A DNA stretch of 64,000 nt from Octopus sinensis (GCF_006345805.1 NC_043016.1:17422001-17486000); one strand, 5' to 3'. Numbered from the stretch's first letter, positions 24,907 to 39,245 are shown. A program made the numbers and translations. The notes: generated by a model not told the origin, from the letters alone.

Positions 24907-25759
24907 AATAACCTTTGCACTTGATTTTTTAATGTTTTTTCCCCCATACTTTTGTGAGTTAGTTTAGGCAAACACTATCTGAGAGAGATCTTCTTTAAGT
25001 ATTAGAAATAGCTGAAGAAATTTCTTTAGCTGCTATTTCTAATGAGTTCAGTATGTGGCAAGTAATGTTTTTTTACTAAGCCCTATATATAATGTAATAT
25101 TTTGAATTCGCCTATAATGTCCCTTTACATACTGAATACTTGGTGAAATTGATTAATAATTAATTAATGTTACCCTCAATTGTTGATATATATATATATA
25201 TAATATATATATATAATATATATATATTATATATATATATATATATTATATATATATATATATATAATATTATATATATATAATATATATAATATACACG
25301 CACTCACATCTAAATTGTAGTTAAAAATTCAGGTAAAAATAAATGTTGGCTGTTTATCAAAATCACAACTCTGAGTATTTATTTCTAATGAAGAGTTGAA
25401 CCTGCTCGGTGAGTATATTTAGCATCCACCCTATAATAATTGCACTGAGTTAGCAGAATAATTTGTCTTAAAATCGGACTAAAATGAATGGTTAAATGAA
25501 AATTGTATAAAGCACTTAACCGGTGATCGAAAGGATGTGAGTTCGAGTCTCATGGCTGATTACTGACAAAATTTTCCGCTTTATACGGATACTTTATCCT
25601 GTCTCTGCTGTTCTATCAGCGTTTCTGCGTTTGAAAATAAATTATTATTTTATCTGTGTCTCACAATACATTCCAATGCTTCTAAAACAAACGTTAGTTT
25701 GTTTACATTTATCTTAATTGCATAATATGTTTTAATGTTTGTTTTATGTCAAGTTATCT

Positions 25760-26133
25760 TTTTTTTCATTCATTGAAGAGCGACCATGCTGGGTCCCCAC
25801 TTTAAAGGGTTTGGTCAAACAAATCGACTTATGCTTCTTTTAAAGTAAGGTACCTATTTTATCGGGGTCCTTTTCTTAATTGCAAAGTTACTAGATCGGA
25901 AACAAAGCAACACCCGTTGTCAAGTTGTCAAGCGGTGCTGAGGACAAACACGAACATAAAGACAAACGTGCGCACACATATATACGATAGGCTTCTTTCA
26001 GTTTCCGGCTACAAGGCTTGGCTCGGTCCGGGACTATTGTTGAAGACACTTGCACAAGTGCCATGCACTGGGACTGAACTCAAAACCAAGCTGTTGGGAA
26101 GCTAACGTTTTACCGCTTAGCCATGCCTGCACC
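25760..26133 (-). mobile_element. Bipartite SINE, diverged
   Basis: Reverse complement of the 54871 family. Confidence 0.7.
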
Positions 26134-26200
26134 GAGCAATTTAGAATTATACTTCAGGATTACTCAATACTTTTTATTAGAGTGCACACAGTAAATATTG

Positions 26201-26244
26201 ATTGTGACTTCGAAGTTTCGGCTTGCTAGCTGTCGTCAGAATTT
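26201..26244 (-). ncRNA. Hammerhead ribozyme core, weak stem I
   Basis: Minus strand CTGACGA-C-AGCTAGCAAGCC-GAA-ACTTCGAAGT-C; palindromic stem III. Confidence 0.55.
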
Positions 26245-26353
26245 GTTTTAGTTAGATGCTTTATATTATCTTTTGCGAGTTATCTTTTAGGGACTCTAGG
26301 AAAATGATTGTGTAGGATCGGATAGCGAAAGATAGAAGGAAAGAATGTGTGTC

Positions 26354-26411
<58 letters not shown>

Positions 26412-26742
26412 CGTATGTGTGAGTTGATAGAAATTTATGGTGAGGAAATTTATTATGGTTTGATGGGGGAATTTTGTAATTGCTAGGGTTCAGTCAGGAG
26501 TGGAAGAAAAGGTGTAAACAGACATATCTGCATCATTATCTACATAAATACATACATACGTACATCAACATACATTCATGCATGCATACAGACACACATG
26601 GTGACACACACCATATATGTATATATGTATGCATGTTTGTATCTGTCTGTCTGTCTATCTATCTGTCTGTCATCTATCTATCTATCTATCTATCTATCAA
26701 TCTATCTACCTACCTCCACACACACACACACACACCACACCA

Positions 26743-26826
<84 letters not shown>

Positions 26827-27529
26827 ACCAGCTTAGAGAAGAAGAAGAAACGAAACGAAACCAACGAATCGAATGGTCCAAAACTACACAAGAAAATCAC
26901 AAAAATGAGGTGAAACTAACAAGGTGTATTAGTTTAACGTTCAGAAGTAGAACTCCTTAATATTTTGAGCGTAGGCTCTTTACAGAAAAAAAGAGACGAG
27001 AAAAAAGATGGCGATAGAAAAAAATGGAGGGAATAAAACGTGTCTGAATTAACGGTTAGTCCATGATGTTACAAGTCATGTGTATGCAAGCGCGTGTGTG
27101 CAGGAAGCTATTGTGTGCGTGTACGTGTGTTACTAGCGTGTGTGTTCTTGTGTCATTTTTATGTATGCATGTGTAAAAGGCAATCAACGTGCATGCACGT
27201 GTGTATACACGCATTTGTGTTTGTGTGATGGTATTGTGTGCTTGTACATTATGTGTGTTTATGCGTGAATATTGTGTGTTTATGACTGTGTATGGGTGAG
27301 CGAGTGTATATGACTCATATTTAAGCATAAATGTATGTATATACATATATATTATATGCATATATACTATATGCATTCATACATGTTGATTCACTTTCGA
27401 CAATGAGAAAAACGAGGGAGAACAGATATGGCAAAGTTCATTTTCCGAAGCGTACCACATTCTCGGTTTTCTTGTTGATGTTTTTCATCTATAACCGATA
27501 TACATCGGTGAATCACACACAACACACAC

Positions 27530-27590
<61 letters not shown>

Positions 27591-28257
27591 ACACACACAC
27601 TTTCACACACATGCACAAAAAAGAGAAACAGCCTTTCTGACGGGCTCCAACACATTTTCTGACTACTGAAATTTCCCTCACACGCCTGTCGACAAACCGA
27701 GATTGAAGCAACAGACAATTGTGTGGGGAGCCTCATTGTGAGATCAATCTCGAAACCACGTGGCTGTCGAGCGAACTTCTTAAACTTATAACCATGTTTG
27801 TTGCGGTGTCCACAAAAATCTTGCTAATGCGTTTGCATACATATTTGATGACGTTAGACTGCAGGTTCTGTTTTACTTGTAAGTAGGATAGCTTGCAATT
27901 TATTTGCCTGTTATACGATTTCGTAGATACGTTTAACGTGACGCCAATATAAGTTTGACAGGTTCGTCTGACAGAATTTCTTAAATATTCTTGTGATAAG
28001 ATTTTTCCCAAGATTTTATCAGCCGTGCTCTTCGAAATTATGAGTACACCATTAGTATATTGATTCAAAATAAATTTTCAAAAAACACTTTTCAGAGTGT
28101 TGAGTACAAATATGTCTAATAGTTCCCAAATCCCGACTCAAACGACAATGGTAACATCAAAGTTTGTATACTTGCACTTTATTTATCCATGATGAATCAT
28201 CATTAGAAAGAAAATATATCCCAGCAAGTTATTCTTAAATGTTCTATAAATAATTAA

Positions 28258-28478
28258 CCCTTTAGATTCGGATTACTCTGTCAAGTATAATGCTTTTTTT
28301 TATTCAAATTGGTTTGAATTAATCATGCATTATCTCGCTGCTTCAAGATTTCAATGATATGATAGTATATTTTTAGAATGACATTTTATGGCAGGTGTGA
28401 GAAACCGAATTTGATCAGTTTGAACATAAAACATGTAGAATATATGAGCCAAATATGGTTGGTTTAAATGCTAAAGGG
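28258..28478. mobile_element. piggyBac-type MITE
   Basis: TTAA|CCCTTTAG ... CTAAAGGG|TTAA. Confidence 0.8.
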
Positions 28479-28659
28479 TTAAGCACATTGAGAAAGCATT
28501 TTGGAGTAGTTCCCAGCTTAGTTGAATTAGATAATTCTGTATTTATTTTGGTATGAGTTTGTAATCCCTGTTATTATATTTAGATCTACACAGTTTCGAT
28601 ATAAGTGTGTGAGTATGTATTAATAACTAACGTTTCAAGAGTTCGCACGATCACAACAT

Positions 28660-28759
28660 NNNNNNNNNNNNNNNNNNNNNNNNNNNNNNNNNNNNNNNNN
28701 NNNNNNNNNNNNNNNNNNNNNNNNNNNNNNNNNNNNNNNNNNNNNNNNNNNNNNNNNNN
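28660..28759. other. Assembly gap (100 N)
   Basis: Direct reading; a round length of 100 is typical of a gap of unknown size. Confidence 0.98.
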
Positions 28760-29060
28760 GTAGGAGTAAAAGGGTGGAGAGAAGGATAGGAGTAGAAGGG
28801 TGGAGAGGAGGGTAGGAGTAAAAGGGTGGAGGGAAGGATAGGAGTAGAAGGGTGGAGAGGAGGGTAGGAGTAAAAGGGTGGAGAGAAGGATAGGAGTAGA
28901 AGTGTGGGGAGGATGGTCGGAGTAAAAGGGTGGTGAGGAGGGTAGGAGTAAAAGAGTGGAGAGAAGGATAGGAGTAGAAGTGTGGAGAGGAGGGTAGGAG
29001 TAAAAGGGTGGAGAGGAGGGTAGGAGTAGAAGGGTGGTGAGGAGGGTAGGAGTAAAAGGA
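28760..29060. repeat. Purine-rich minisatellite (~26-bp unit) abutting the gap
   Basis: Repeats of GGGTAGGAGTA(A/G)AAGGGTGGAGAGGA. Confidence 0.9.
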
Positions 29061-29229
29061 TGGAACTGGAAAGAGATAAAAATAATGGTGATGAGATATC
29101 AGAATGGGTCTTCAAGGTATGAAATGGGTAGAAATGAATGGGGTGTACTTCTTGAGAACTGCATGACACCAGTTATCCTGGTCTTTTGTCATTTCCTCTG
29201 TGAAGCTCAGGGGCCTGAGTTCAACCTTC

Positions 29230-30620
29230 ACCACTTTATCCCATGTTTTCCTGGGTCTTCCTTGTCCACAGGTTCCAGTCACATTTTATCATTAGCACTT
29301 CTTTATACAACTGCCCTCATCCTTATGCACCATGTGTATGTCCCGGTTTTCTTTCTTGCATGCTATGACTGATTTCTTGTATGTCCAGTTTTTCTCCCAA
29401 CATATTCATACCATGTCATTCACTTACATTGCACATCCAAGGGGGCATACTAGCTTCATTTCTTTCCTGTTTTCTTCAGTCCTGTGTCTCTTCAAGGCCC
29501 GTGTCTCACCATGCAGTTGAACTTTCTCCAGCCTGTTTTTACTCAGAGCAATCACATCCTCAACAGAACAACTTCACTCTCCCATGCATTCTACACATTT
29601 AGCGACCTCTCAAAACAGCACAGTCACTTGTCTTTCTTGTCAGCAATGGAAAGAGCAAGTGTACTGCTATACATTTCTGTATACATTTCTTCCTAATGGC
29701 TTCTTGATTTGTTTCTAGCACATTGCCTTAAAATCCATAGTACTTCACGACTATGATCCTCACATCACAGGGTACCTCTTACTTTCTGCTTCCTGTGTCA
29801 CGAAGTATAGCTGGTGCCTAGGTTCTCTTCTAGCTGTTTGTTTATTGCTCTCTGCTGCACCTTTTCTTGTCTTTCCAAGCTTACCTTTTCTCTTGCCTAC
29901 TTCATTGTTCCACTTCCATGTTCCTGTTGGTCTGTTTGGAACTTTTCAAGAATCACAGGTTTGGTCAGTAGCTTCAGCAAATTTCCCATGTAGGAGTTTC
30001 CAGTTTTGTCCTCTATCATAAGTCTTTATTTTCTCTTCCTTCCTGTCATAAGCATCAATTAGAATTTCTCTGATTTCACAAGTAACTGACGGTTTTTTCT
30101 TTTAAATGTCCATGTCTTCTGACTTCAAGCAACCCTTTGTTTCTGAGTCTATGTTGGTCCTACTCTAAGATCACTGATCACTAATCCATGTTGGCTGGTA
30201 TATTCTTCAGCAAAGAAAGACTTGACATTTATTACAATCTACCATTCTTGTTTTCTGGTCAGAATTAAGTATATCTGGCTTGTGTGTTCCAGATTGGTAG
30301 GTGATCAGGTTGGCTGGTGTCCTGAAGTTAATAATTGAAAAAGGTTAGGTCATTTGCATCACAAAATTCTGGGAACTTTGATCCCTTCGTATTCCTTATG
30401 CCATATCTATATCCTTCATGCTTGTCAGAGAAACCATGATAATGTTTCCCAACGTGTCCATTAGACTTACTAGCAGCAATAATGATGTCACCATCATTTG
30501 TTGTCAAGAAGTCAACAGGAAAGCCTCATAAAAGTGGTCCTTCTGTTCATCTGTAAGCCCCAAGTTTTGAGCACATACAGAGGTAACTTACACCATGCTG
30601 ACGTTAATGACAATAGCTCT
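29230..30620 (-). mobile_element. Old RTE-clade LINE fragment (APE endonuclease and linker)
   Basis: Minus strand ITYQSG..SQI-YLILTRK and TWKWNNEV motifs; stops, frameshifts, few CpG. Confidence 0.65.
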
Positions 30621-31789
30621 AAAGTTATGAACTGGACAAGAAGAGGGCAGGGTTCCGGTAGAGTTTGGCTAACCTGATAACTGTTTTCTGCATTTGAAAG
30701 AGAGAAAGCAGAAAATGCAGGGTGAATTGAAGAGTTGAGAGAAAGAGATAGAGAGAGAGAGGATGGAAAGGGAGAAGACAGAAAGTGGAGGGGGAAAGAG
30801 AAGGAGGGGAAAGAGAGGAAAGGAGGAGGAGGAGGAGGTAGATTGGTTGCAAATAGCAAGATGAGTAAATCAAGTAATTATTGTGAAAGGAAGGGGGAAA
30901 CTGCATTTGATAATGCTATAAAAATACATACAAAATTGTGCTTTAGGAAGTACAAAAACAAAAACAAAAACAAATGTCCCCAGACATGAAATCATAGAAT
31001 TTACTGATCAGAATAAACAAAGAAAGAAATAAAGAAAACCTTTTTAGAGACAGATTGAAAAGAAGAAAAATTGGAATGTCTTTTAAGAGTTTACATGGAA
31101 AGGTGAGTAAGAAAAAGAAAAGAAAAGATAACAACAAGCAATAACAGCTTAGACATTAGAGAGAAGGATGAAATAATAGGAGAAGAAAAATACTCTGTTG
31201 AGAACATCTACTGACAGGATCACAATGTTTGACAGTGTTTGATAGGCCATCATTCAAAGCCATCAAGTGTAATTATTAGAGAAGAAGATGATAAAATAAA
31301 CAATACATAGATGAAGAACAAACAAGATGTGTGAATGTTCTTTCAACTCAAATGATACTGACAGAAAATTTTAAATAGTGTTATGATTTAAATGTGACAG
31401 GAAATATATATATATATATATATATATACACAAAGAATATATATATAGAGAGAGAATACACTCACACACTTATGTAATGAACACACAGATATATATATAT
31501 TTACAAATGGTTTTATGACAACCAATGAATGCTCTTCATTCTCTTCTTTTGCTCTCGTTATTTCAAGCGTTTCTCTCTTCATCACAAACTTTTATTTTCT
31601 TAATTTTATTTCAAACTCTCCATTTTTTTATTTTCAGTTTTCTTTTTTGTCTCTGCCACTCTTCCATTTCTCTTCCACACTGTCTGTTCTATCACTTTCT
31701 GCTTATATCATCTTTGTAATTCTTATTGTCTTGTTTTTTCACCATTCTTCATTCTTACTTTTGTACATTCCTTTCTGAATTACCTTTCT

Positions 31790-32215
31790 CACTTATTTCA
31801 GTCATTAGACTTGTGGCCATGCTGGGGCACCACCTTGAAGAATTTTAGTTGAATAAATCGAGCCCAGTACTTTTTATAAAGCTTGATACTTCTTCTGTCA
31901 GTTTCTTTTGCCAAACTGCTAAGTTATGTGGATGTAATCACACCTACACCAGTTGTTAAGCAGTGGTGGGGGACAAATACTGACACAAATATGCACACCA
32001 CACACACACACACATGCATGCAACACACTTTACACACATATATACGATGGGATTCTTTCAGTTTCCATCTACCAAATCTACTCACAAGACTTTGGTTATC
32101 TCAAGGTTGTACTAGAAGACACTTTCCCAAGGTGTCATCCATTGAGACTGAACCTGGAACCATATTGTCGGGAAACAAGTTTATCATGGGAAACAACCAT
32201 TCATGATAGGCATGG
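31790..32215 (-). mobile_element. Bipartite SINE, CpG-decayed
   Basis: GGCCATGCTGGGGCACC tail and both halves recognisable. Confidence 0.7.
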
Positions 32216-33612
32216 CTGTCATAAATGGTTGGAAAATGTATCACCATATTAAAATAAGTGACAACATTCTTCAGTTTGCAGGGTTCCAGGGATTAGATAT
32301 GCACTGGAAGTTATTTTTGGCAACATGGCTTATGTTTAAGATTACATTAATTCAGAGGTCGGTTAACTGGAGTAAATTACCCCGAGTGAGATAAAAATGA
32401 AATTCATGGAGGTAACGAGGACTCATTAGATATAAGTAAAATTATAATTAAAAAAAAACGTATTCCTTGTTACAAATTTTTCTTCTGCAATGAGGAGGCA
32501 GTTAAAAAGTTGCTGCATTTTGCAACAACCTACCTTAACAACATAAAAACAAAGCAGAGGAACCAAAAAACTGTATCCAAACTGCTCTGGCATCAAAATA
32601 CCACAATTTTGATGTAACTGTATCAAAAATGAAACAAAATCGTTTCTCAAAAACCTGAAGTGAAAAACTTTCTAAAAAATTCCTTTTGTTTCATAATGAC
32701 AATATTAATTTATTTTATCGGATTTGTTTTATACTTTTTATATTTATTATTGTATTCTCCATCTAAATAGATTCAATAAATCTTTTGAATTCAAAGAATC
32801 TATGATTTTCTTCCTTTCAAAGCAACTCTTCTTTGTTAAGATTTCCTTCATAAGGAATGCATTGGTTACAAATGAAAAGTATTGTCTTCTTGAAGTAAAG
32901 AACCAATTTATTTTCCTTTACTCTTTTAATTCTGTGGACTGTTTCAAGCTTTATCTAGTACCATGTTATAGCAGATCTTATGTTCCCAAAATATGGAAAA
33001 CACTCATTAGAAATATCTAGACCCTCTTAGATTTTAGAAAGAATTTTAAAATCTTTTTCTTACAACACCTGTTATGTAACAAGCTTGATCCAACATATTT
33101 TTAAGACTATGTATAACCAACCAGTTACCCTGATTATGCTTTTAGATTTGCAAGTAGCAGTGGTTCTGCAATATAATTATCATTGTCATTTAAATCATTA
33201 CTGTTGCCAACACCATGTAAATATTTAACAACTGTTAACACCATGTAAATATTTGCTGAAGTATCCAACCCATACCAACATAGATTAATTTTCATAGTTC
33301 AAAGGAGAAGTGTATGTATAGTACCTATCTCCCTTGCAATAGACCCCCCCCCGCCACCCCCACATACTAGTGAAAGACTTGTCAATCATCATCATCATCA
33401 TCATCATCATCGTCACATCATAATCTATTCCCTTTCATTATCCAGCCTCCCTTTCATCAGTCTCTCTTCTTTGCTATCTTCTATTCTCCCCTCTGGCCAC
33501 TTTCATCCTGGCATTCTCCTTTTACTCTCTCTCCCCCCCTCTCTCTCTCTCATTATCCTTTTTTTTTCCTGTTTACTTCTCTCCTCTCTTGCTTCTTTCA
33601 TTTGGGATCTTT

Positions 33613-33649
<37 letters not shown>

Positions 33650-34249
33650 TAATCTCTGTTTCTTTCACTGTGGCCCTTCCCCATCACTTTCTGTTCTATT
33701 TAGTTATTTTGCTTTCTATCACTTCTTGCTCCTGTCACTCACATTCTCTTCCAATACACCCTCATTCCCTCATTCCCTCATTCCCTCATTCCCTCATTAC
33801 ACTGTCCATGTGATGAGAGATAGCAATGCATGACAGTACAAGTAACATGTGGTACAAAATGTTCCGTTTGCACACACAATTATGTAGGAAACAAGGGAAT
33901 AAAGAAAAGAAGTGAGTGTTGGCAAGAGGGAACTCCCCTTGAGTCTTGCTTAGGATGTGATAATCTCTCTGATGAAGTGATACATAGACACCATAGGGTG
34001 GAGAAGACTCTTTGGTGTTGTTGTGGTAAGAGAAACGTCTCTAGTGCCGGTATCACAATAAAATGCTCTCAGTACATTATGGGAGCGGTTGCTGATAAAA
34101 AGGCATCCAGTCATGGAAGCTATACCAAAAATAGCTGTGGTGACTTGAGCAACCTATGCAAGCATGGAAAAATAGATGCAAAATGATGATGAAGTGTGAA
34201 ACTAGTCTAGATGAAAGGGCTGGGTACATGGCCGTCTGCGACTGAACAG

Positions 34250-35450
34250 GATGTTGCGGATGTTCAGCTTGAATAATTGTAAATCACTGGCTTTTGGAAA
34301 AATGTGGTCAGAAGGGACATCCAGAAATTTGATATACTGGCATGGGAGGCATGGGAGGCATGGTTAGATTGGTTATAGTAAATAACAAGGGCTGTAAGAT
34401 ACATCAAAAGTAATTAGGAGAGGCAGGGAATGAGTAGAGGTGTTCATGCAGCTAGTGCAACACCACTACTCACAGAGTGACAGTGTTGGCTGTGTTATGA
34501 ATGAGATTGTAAATTCAAACATTTATAGTGACTTGGAAGGGTCGTAATTGCATGTAATTCCAGGCTAAAAAGGTAGGGGTACAAAACTGTTCCCTTGATA
34601 TGGTCAGTGGTTGTCAGTCTTTGTGCTGTCAAAAGAGATTATCGTGTTCCAATTAAAATGTTTACAAAGTATCTATTGATGGTACCAAGAACCTGTTGAA
34701 GTTTGACATGAAGATAGATATCTAGAGGACATTAGGATGGAATTGGATAAGATTCTAAGCAGAATGTTTAAGCGGGAGATATTCAGGCTAGACTCGGTTG
34801 AATACATTTTTGTCTTGGTTTTTATTGAAATTCTTAAGGGTGGGGAAATCATTGGATAGTGACATAGGAGAGCAGGTCTCCTATAGATCTGGCTGTATGG
34901 AAGCCATACTGTTGGTTCTTAAGTGGTGAGAGGGAGTCAAAACAAGAAGATGATTGTTAGCCATTTCCATTATTTTTGAGATGATAAAAGAAAGAGTGAT
35001 AGATGTAGGGTAAAAAAAGAGTAAAGTTACTCTTTTTGGTATGGGAGACATTGGTAGTATGTTTTCAATGGTCTTAATAAATTCTTGTAGTGAGAAAATG
35101 ATTGAAGAATTCACCAAAAATAGTCATTAGTTTTGAGTAGTACTATTTCACTGTAATGGAAGGGACGAGGTCAGATGCAATGACTTTCATGATTTTATAG
35201 TGACTGGATGTGACTTTGCACTTGCTGTGTACAAAGTAGCATGATTTGTGGAATGGAAAATGGTTTTGCCTCGGTTTTGCTGAGTGTATGCAAGGTGGGA
35301 TTGTAAATTACAAAGCAAAATGTGGAATCTTTTTCAGTTGCAGAATTGCTTACATAGCTGGGAATCGGTATGTAGAAGGGTTTTACAAAGTTGATGGAGT
35401 AGTTTTGGGCAAGTAACCATGACTGATTGCAATTTAGGAGACAAAAACGG
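34250..35450 (-). mobile_element. Old LINE RT fragment (CR1/Jockey-like)
   Basis: Minus strand QQYGFHTARSIGDLL and KGTVLYPYLF motifs; boundaries approximate. Confidence 0.5.
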
Positions 35451-36725
35451 TTTACAGGTGCATGTAGGTGTCTTTTGGCTTTTATGGATGTGTCTTGCAT
35501 GAATTGTGTTCAAACCACCCTCTAGGGGGTGGACAATTCCTTTGCCAGGCATCATAGGCAAAGTTTCCTCTAAGTTTCTCCTGTGACAAAATTATGTGTG
35601 TATTGAATGTATAAGTAATGGTATGAATGAGATATAGTTACCAAATTTGTGTAGGGGAGTGTAACTCTGAAGAAATAACTCAGACTTTGACAATCCATTC
35701 AGTCCTAGGTAGCAAGGAAACCAAACACAAAATGATGAATGAATGATGATATGGTTAACTAACATTTTCTCTATAAGATGATTTCTTGTGTGCACATTGT
35801 CTTTTGTGCATTGGTTGCAAGTGTGTGTGTGTGCAAACACAAGCACACAATTTAGAAGGAGGAGTGATTCTTGGTGATACTTTTAGCCCTTAGAGCCGCA
35901 ATGTGAACCACTTAGCAGATTTAGGATGATTAATTTTGATTGTGTGAGGGAGGTGAAAGGATTAAATTATGGGTATGGCTTTGTCCACTAGAACTACTTG
36001 TTATAGTTGTAGAAGAATCAAGCAGAACACTGACCATTTTGCTGACTTGAAGTGCTATAAATGTACCTTGGTATTTTCCAGTGATAATCTGAAGCATTTA
36101 TTATGGCCATCACTTGTAAATGAATATGATTTGGAAGATGTATCATGCTTTCATTAATTGTTTTGCTTATGTAGCTGTGAGTAGATGCAGACATTCTTTC
36201 AGCCTGTAAATCCTTGACCTGGAGAATATTTAGGATATGACAGGTGGAGGGAGAGAAGAATACACCAGCACTTGGCTGGGGGTTCATTTACGGCTGAGTA
36301 GACTGAGACAATACGAAGTGCTTTGTTTGAGGATACATTAGAGCACCCAGTTGAGGAATTGAGTTCACAAGCTTGTGATCATTAGACTAACACCCTAACC
36401 ATAACACCACAAGCATTCACAACATGAAGACCAAGTCATTGAAAGTTAAATGACTTCACCAGGACTATGATGCACCACCATACAATGCATGAATTATTTA
36501 ACCTTTGCTTCCATGGTTTCTAACTGGTTCACTACAAAGAACTGTTTTTTTTTTATTTAAATGAAGTTTACCACAGACCTCAGGCTTTTGTCTGTCTACT
36601 CAATAAATTGATTTTATTAACTAATTGCAAACTTGTTTTCCTAGTTTCATCTGTCAATTGAAAGATAATTGTGAGTGAGTAATTAATACATTTTACACTA
36701 CAACCTTTTAAAATTTTGAACACAG

Positions 36726-37130
36726 CACAGATGTAATTGTGTGGTCAGAGGCTAGCTTTCCAACCACATGGTTCCAAGTTCAGTATCACTGCTTGGCATC
36801 TTGGGTGAATGTTTTTCTACTTCAGCCTCAGGTCAGCTAAAGCCTTGTGACTGGATTTGGTAGATGAAAACTGAAAGAAGCCCATCATATATACATACAT
36901 ATATATATATATATACACACACACACATACATGTGTGTGTGTCCCATCATCACTTGACAACTGGTGTTGGTGTGTTTACGTCCCCATAATTTAGTGGTTT
37001 AGCAAAAGAGACTGACAGACTAAGTACCATACTTTAAAAAAAGTCCCGGGATCAATTTCTTCAATTAAAAGCCTGCTAGGTAGTGCTCCAGCATGGCTGC
37101 AGTCCAGTGACTGAAATAAATAGGTAAAAG
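36726..37130 (+). mobile_element. Bipartite SINE, CpG-decayed (intronic)
   Basis: Family match with CpG to TpG/CpA changes. Confidence 0.75.
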
Positions 37131-37396
37131 GTAAAGCACATCTTGTGGACCCCCCCCCCTGCACCACAAAATACCACGTTTGTGAATCCCAGCAGATGCC
37201 AGCCAGGGTACTCCTGCTTTTGTTGGTAGGTTGGCATTCAAGTCACCCATCTACCTGCCTACCTACAAAATCACCCTTATATAGAAAATCCTACAAAACA
37301 CTAATAAAGGTTTTGTTGATGTTTTTTCACTTATATTTTTTATCATAAGAGATTAGTAGACTAATGTTGTGTTATCTTTCCCATTATCTTTTGCAG

Positions 37397-37541
37397 GTAA
37401 ATGATTTCTCACCTTGCATTGTACGACGGTTGCATGCCATTTTGGCTCTTCCCACATTGTTGGCATCATGTGTTGCTATTTTCTACTTCATGAATGGCAC
37501 AACGGTTGGTGATATATTCCTTAACAGGTTCATTCTGAAAG
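37397..37541 (+). CDS. HHAT: Hedgehog acyltransferase (HHAT/Rasp, MBOAT family), penultimate coding exon (145 nt, phase 0 to 1)
   Basis: Acceptor CTTTTGCAG|, donor AAG|GTAATA; VNDFSPCIVRRLHAILALPTLLASCVAIFYFMNGTTVGDIFLNRFILK resembles the human HHAT segment FSPQARRRFHAALA...GGNEVGKTYWNRIFIQG as I recall it. Confidence 0.75.
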
Positions 37542-37721
37542 GTAATACCTATTATAACCTCCTCCTGCTCCTCCTGCTCCTGTGCAGTTCTTGTTATTCT
37601 TTGTTTTCTATTTAGATATTAGGTCTTAAAAGAATTTTTAATGAAATATTAGTCACAAGTGCAATAACAATGACAACATCAACATTAATGATGGACTTTG
37701 AAATGTGATAATGTAAATAAA

Positions 37722-38120
37722 CATGTGGCTGTGTGGTAAGAATTTTGCTTCCCAGCCACAAAGTTCTCGGTTCAGTCTTACTGTGTGGCACCTTTGAAAA
37801 GTGTCTTCTGGTATAGCCCTTGGCTGAGAAAAGCCTTGTGAATGGATTTGGTAGATGAAAACTGAAAGAAGCCTGTCATTATCTATTTGCTTGTCTGTCT
37901 GTCCGTCTGCTCGCCTGTCCATATGTCTGTCTATTTGTGTTTGTACCCCACCACTGCTCAACAACCAGTATTGGTTTGTTTACATCCCTGCAACTTAGCT
38001 GTTTGGCAAAAGAAACTACTTGAATAAGTACCAGACTTTTAAAAAGAAGTACCAGTGTTGATTTGTTCGATTAACAACCCTTTAAGGCAATGCCCCAGCA
38101 TGGCCACAGTGAAATAAGTG
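37722..38120 (+). mobile_element. Bipartite SINE, CpG-decayed (intronic)
   Basis: Family match. Confidence 0.7.
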
Positions 38121-39094
38121 AATATTAAAAGGTAAACATAATCAAATATATACATATACATATATATACATACCAGCTATACGTGTTTATTATAAACAAT
38201 AAAGTAAAACATAATTTAAAAGACATTGTCAGTATGTTTGGATATTTCCATACATGCAATAAAGACAGCCTCTGCACCTGTAGTGCTAGGTAAAGTCCTG
38301 ACTTGTGGATATGTACATGCTTGGATATATTGTTGATTCTGGTTCTGAGTGTCAGCTGTTAATCTCAATCTTAGCAGACATTTGTAAAGTCACGCATGGG
38401 CAGAGAAATCAATATGTGTGTTTGTGTGCGTGTGTGTGGACATGGAACAGATGCAATTACGAATGAGAATGTGAAGATAGAGTTCAACTTAAAGCGATGA
38501 GAGGAGATGTGGAGCACGAAGGATTCATACCGGAGTTTAGCTGAAAACATGTGTGAAAGGTTGGTCCAGAGAATGAAGGATTAGTCAAATATTCACTCAC
38601 AGTATGAGGGTGATGTCACAGTGACTAGTTGCCTACATCAAATTGCTATCTGGAACTAAATTGCTCTGGATTGATATTATGTGTTTATACTCTAAAAATG
38701 GGAGAGGACATTGGATAACATTGAGAGGACATTGAACAATTGTTAGGAGGGGGAAAAAAAAAAAGAGGTGATAGTTAAAAGCTTTGAATTAGTTGCTTGA
38801 TCTATTAGAAATAATAGTGAAATCTCCAGTGAATTATAATTTGCTGTCTTAAAACAGTTGTGTAATGTAGTTTTAGATACACTGTGTTGAAATTAAGTTG
38901 GAATGGTCACAGTTTCAATCTTTCATTATAATTTTGCCCAATCTGGAATGATCTGGAGTAAGATAGTAACAATAATAAAAGCAACAACAACAACATAGTT
39001 TTGGTAATTATTTTATTACAGGAACCACCACAGAGGATGACCACAAAGAGGTCAATACCATACAGTGTGGTGGACTTATGGCTGGAAGATGGTA

Positions 39095-39245
39095 GGTATT
39101 AGGGCATCCAGCTGTAGAAACTCTGCCACATCAGATTGGAGCCTGGTGCAGCCATCTGGTTCGCCAGTCCTCAATCAAACCATACAACCCATGGTAGTAT
39201 AGAAAGTGGACATTAAATGAAAATGGATAATGATGATGATGATGA
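39095..39245 (+). mobile_element. RTE-type 3' tail fragment
   Basis: GGGCATCCAGCTGTAGAAA...(GAT)n, as at 17790-17920. Confidence 0.7.

Larger units (their letters stand above)
24138..25190 (+). mobile_element. Tandem duplicated ~555-bp Penelope-type terminal repeat
   Basis: Two near-identical units, each with a hammerhead fold, ending CCCTCAATTGTTGA; a truncated inverted copy at 45390-45570. Confidence 0.7.

Noticed and set aside
27735-27770. Hairpin + GAAA + palindrome CCACGTGG
   Set aside because: No CUGANGA-like core and no stem I
27733-28068. Minus ORF with TYIGVT, suggesting a GIY-YIG nuclease
   Set aside because: Only the YIG half is visible; may be a decayed PLE but cannot be supported without a profile search
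28760-29060. Regularly spaced repeats as a possible CRISPR array
   Set aside because: Contiguous degenerate minisatellite without unique spacers, in a eukaryotic context
34330-34370. TGGCATGG (WHG codons), candidate HHAT catalytic exon
   Set aside because: Lies in a short GGCATGGGA tandem inside an antisense LINE remnant, with no flanking MBOAT sequence or splice sites
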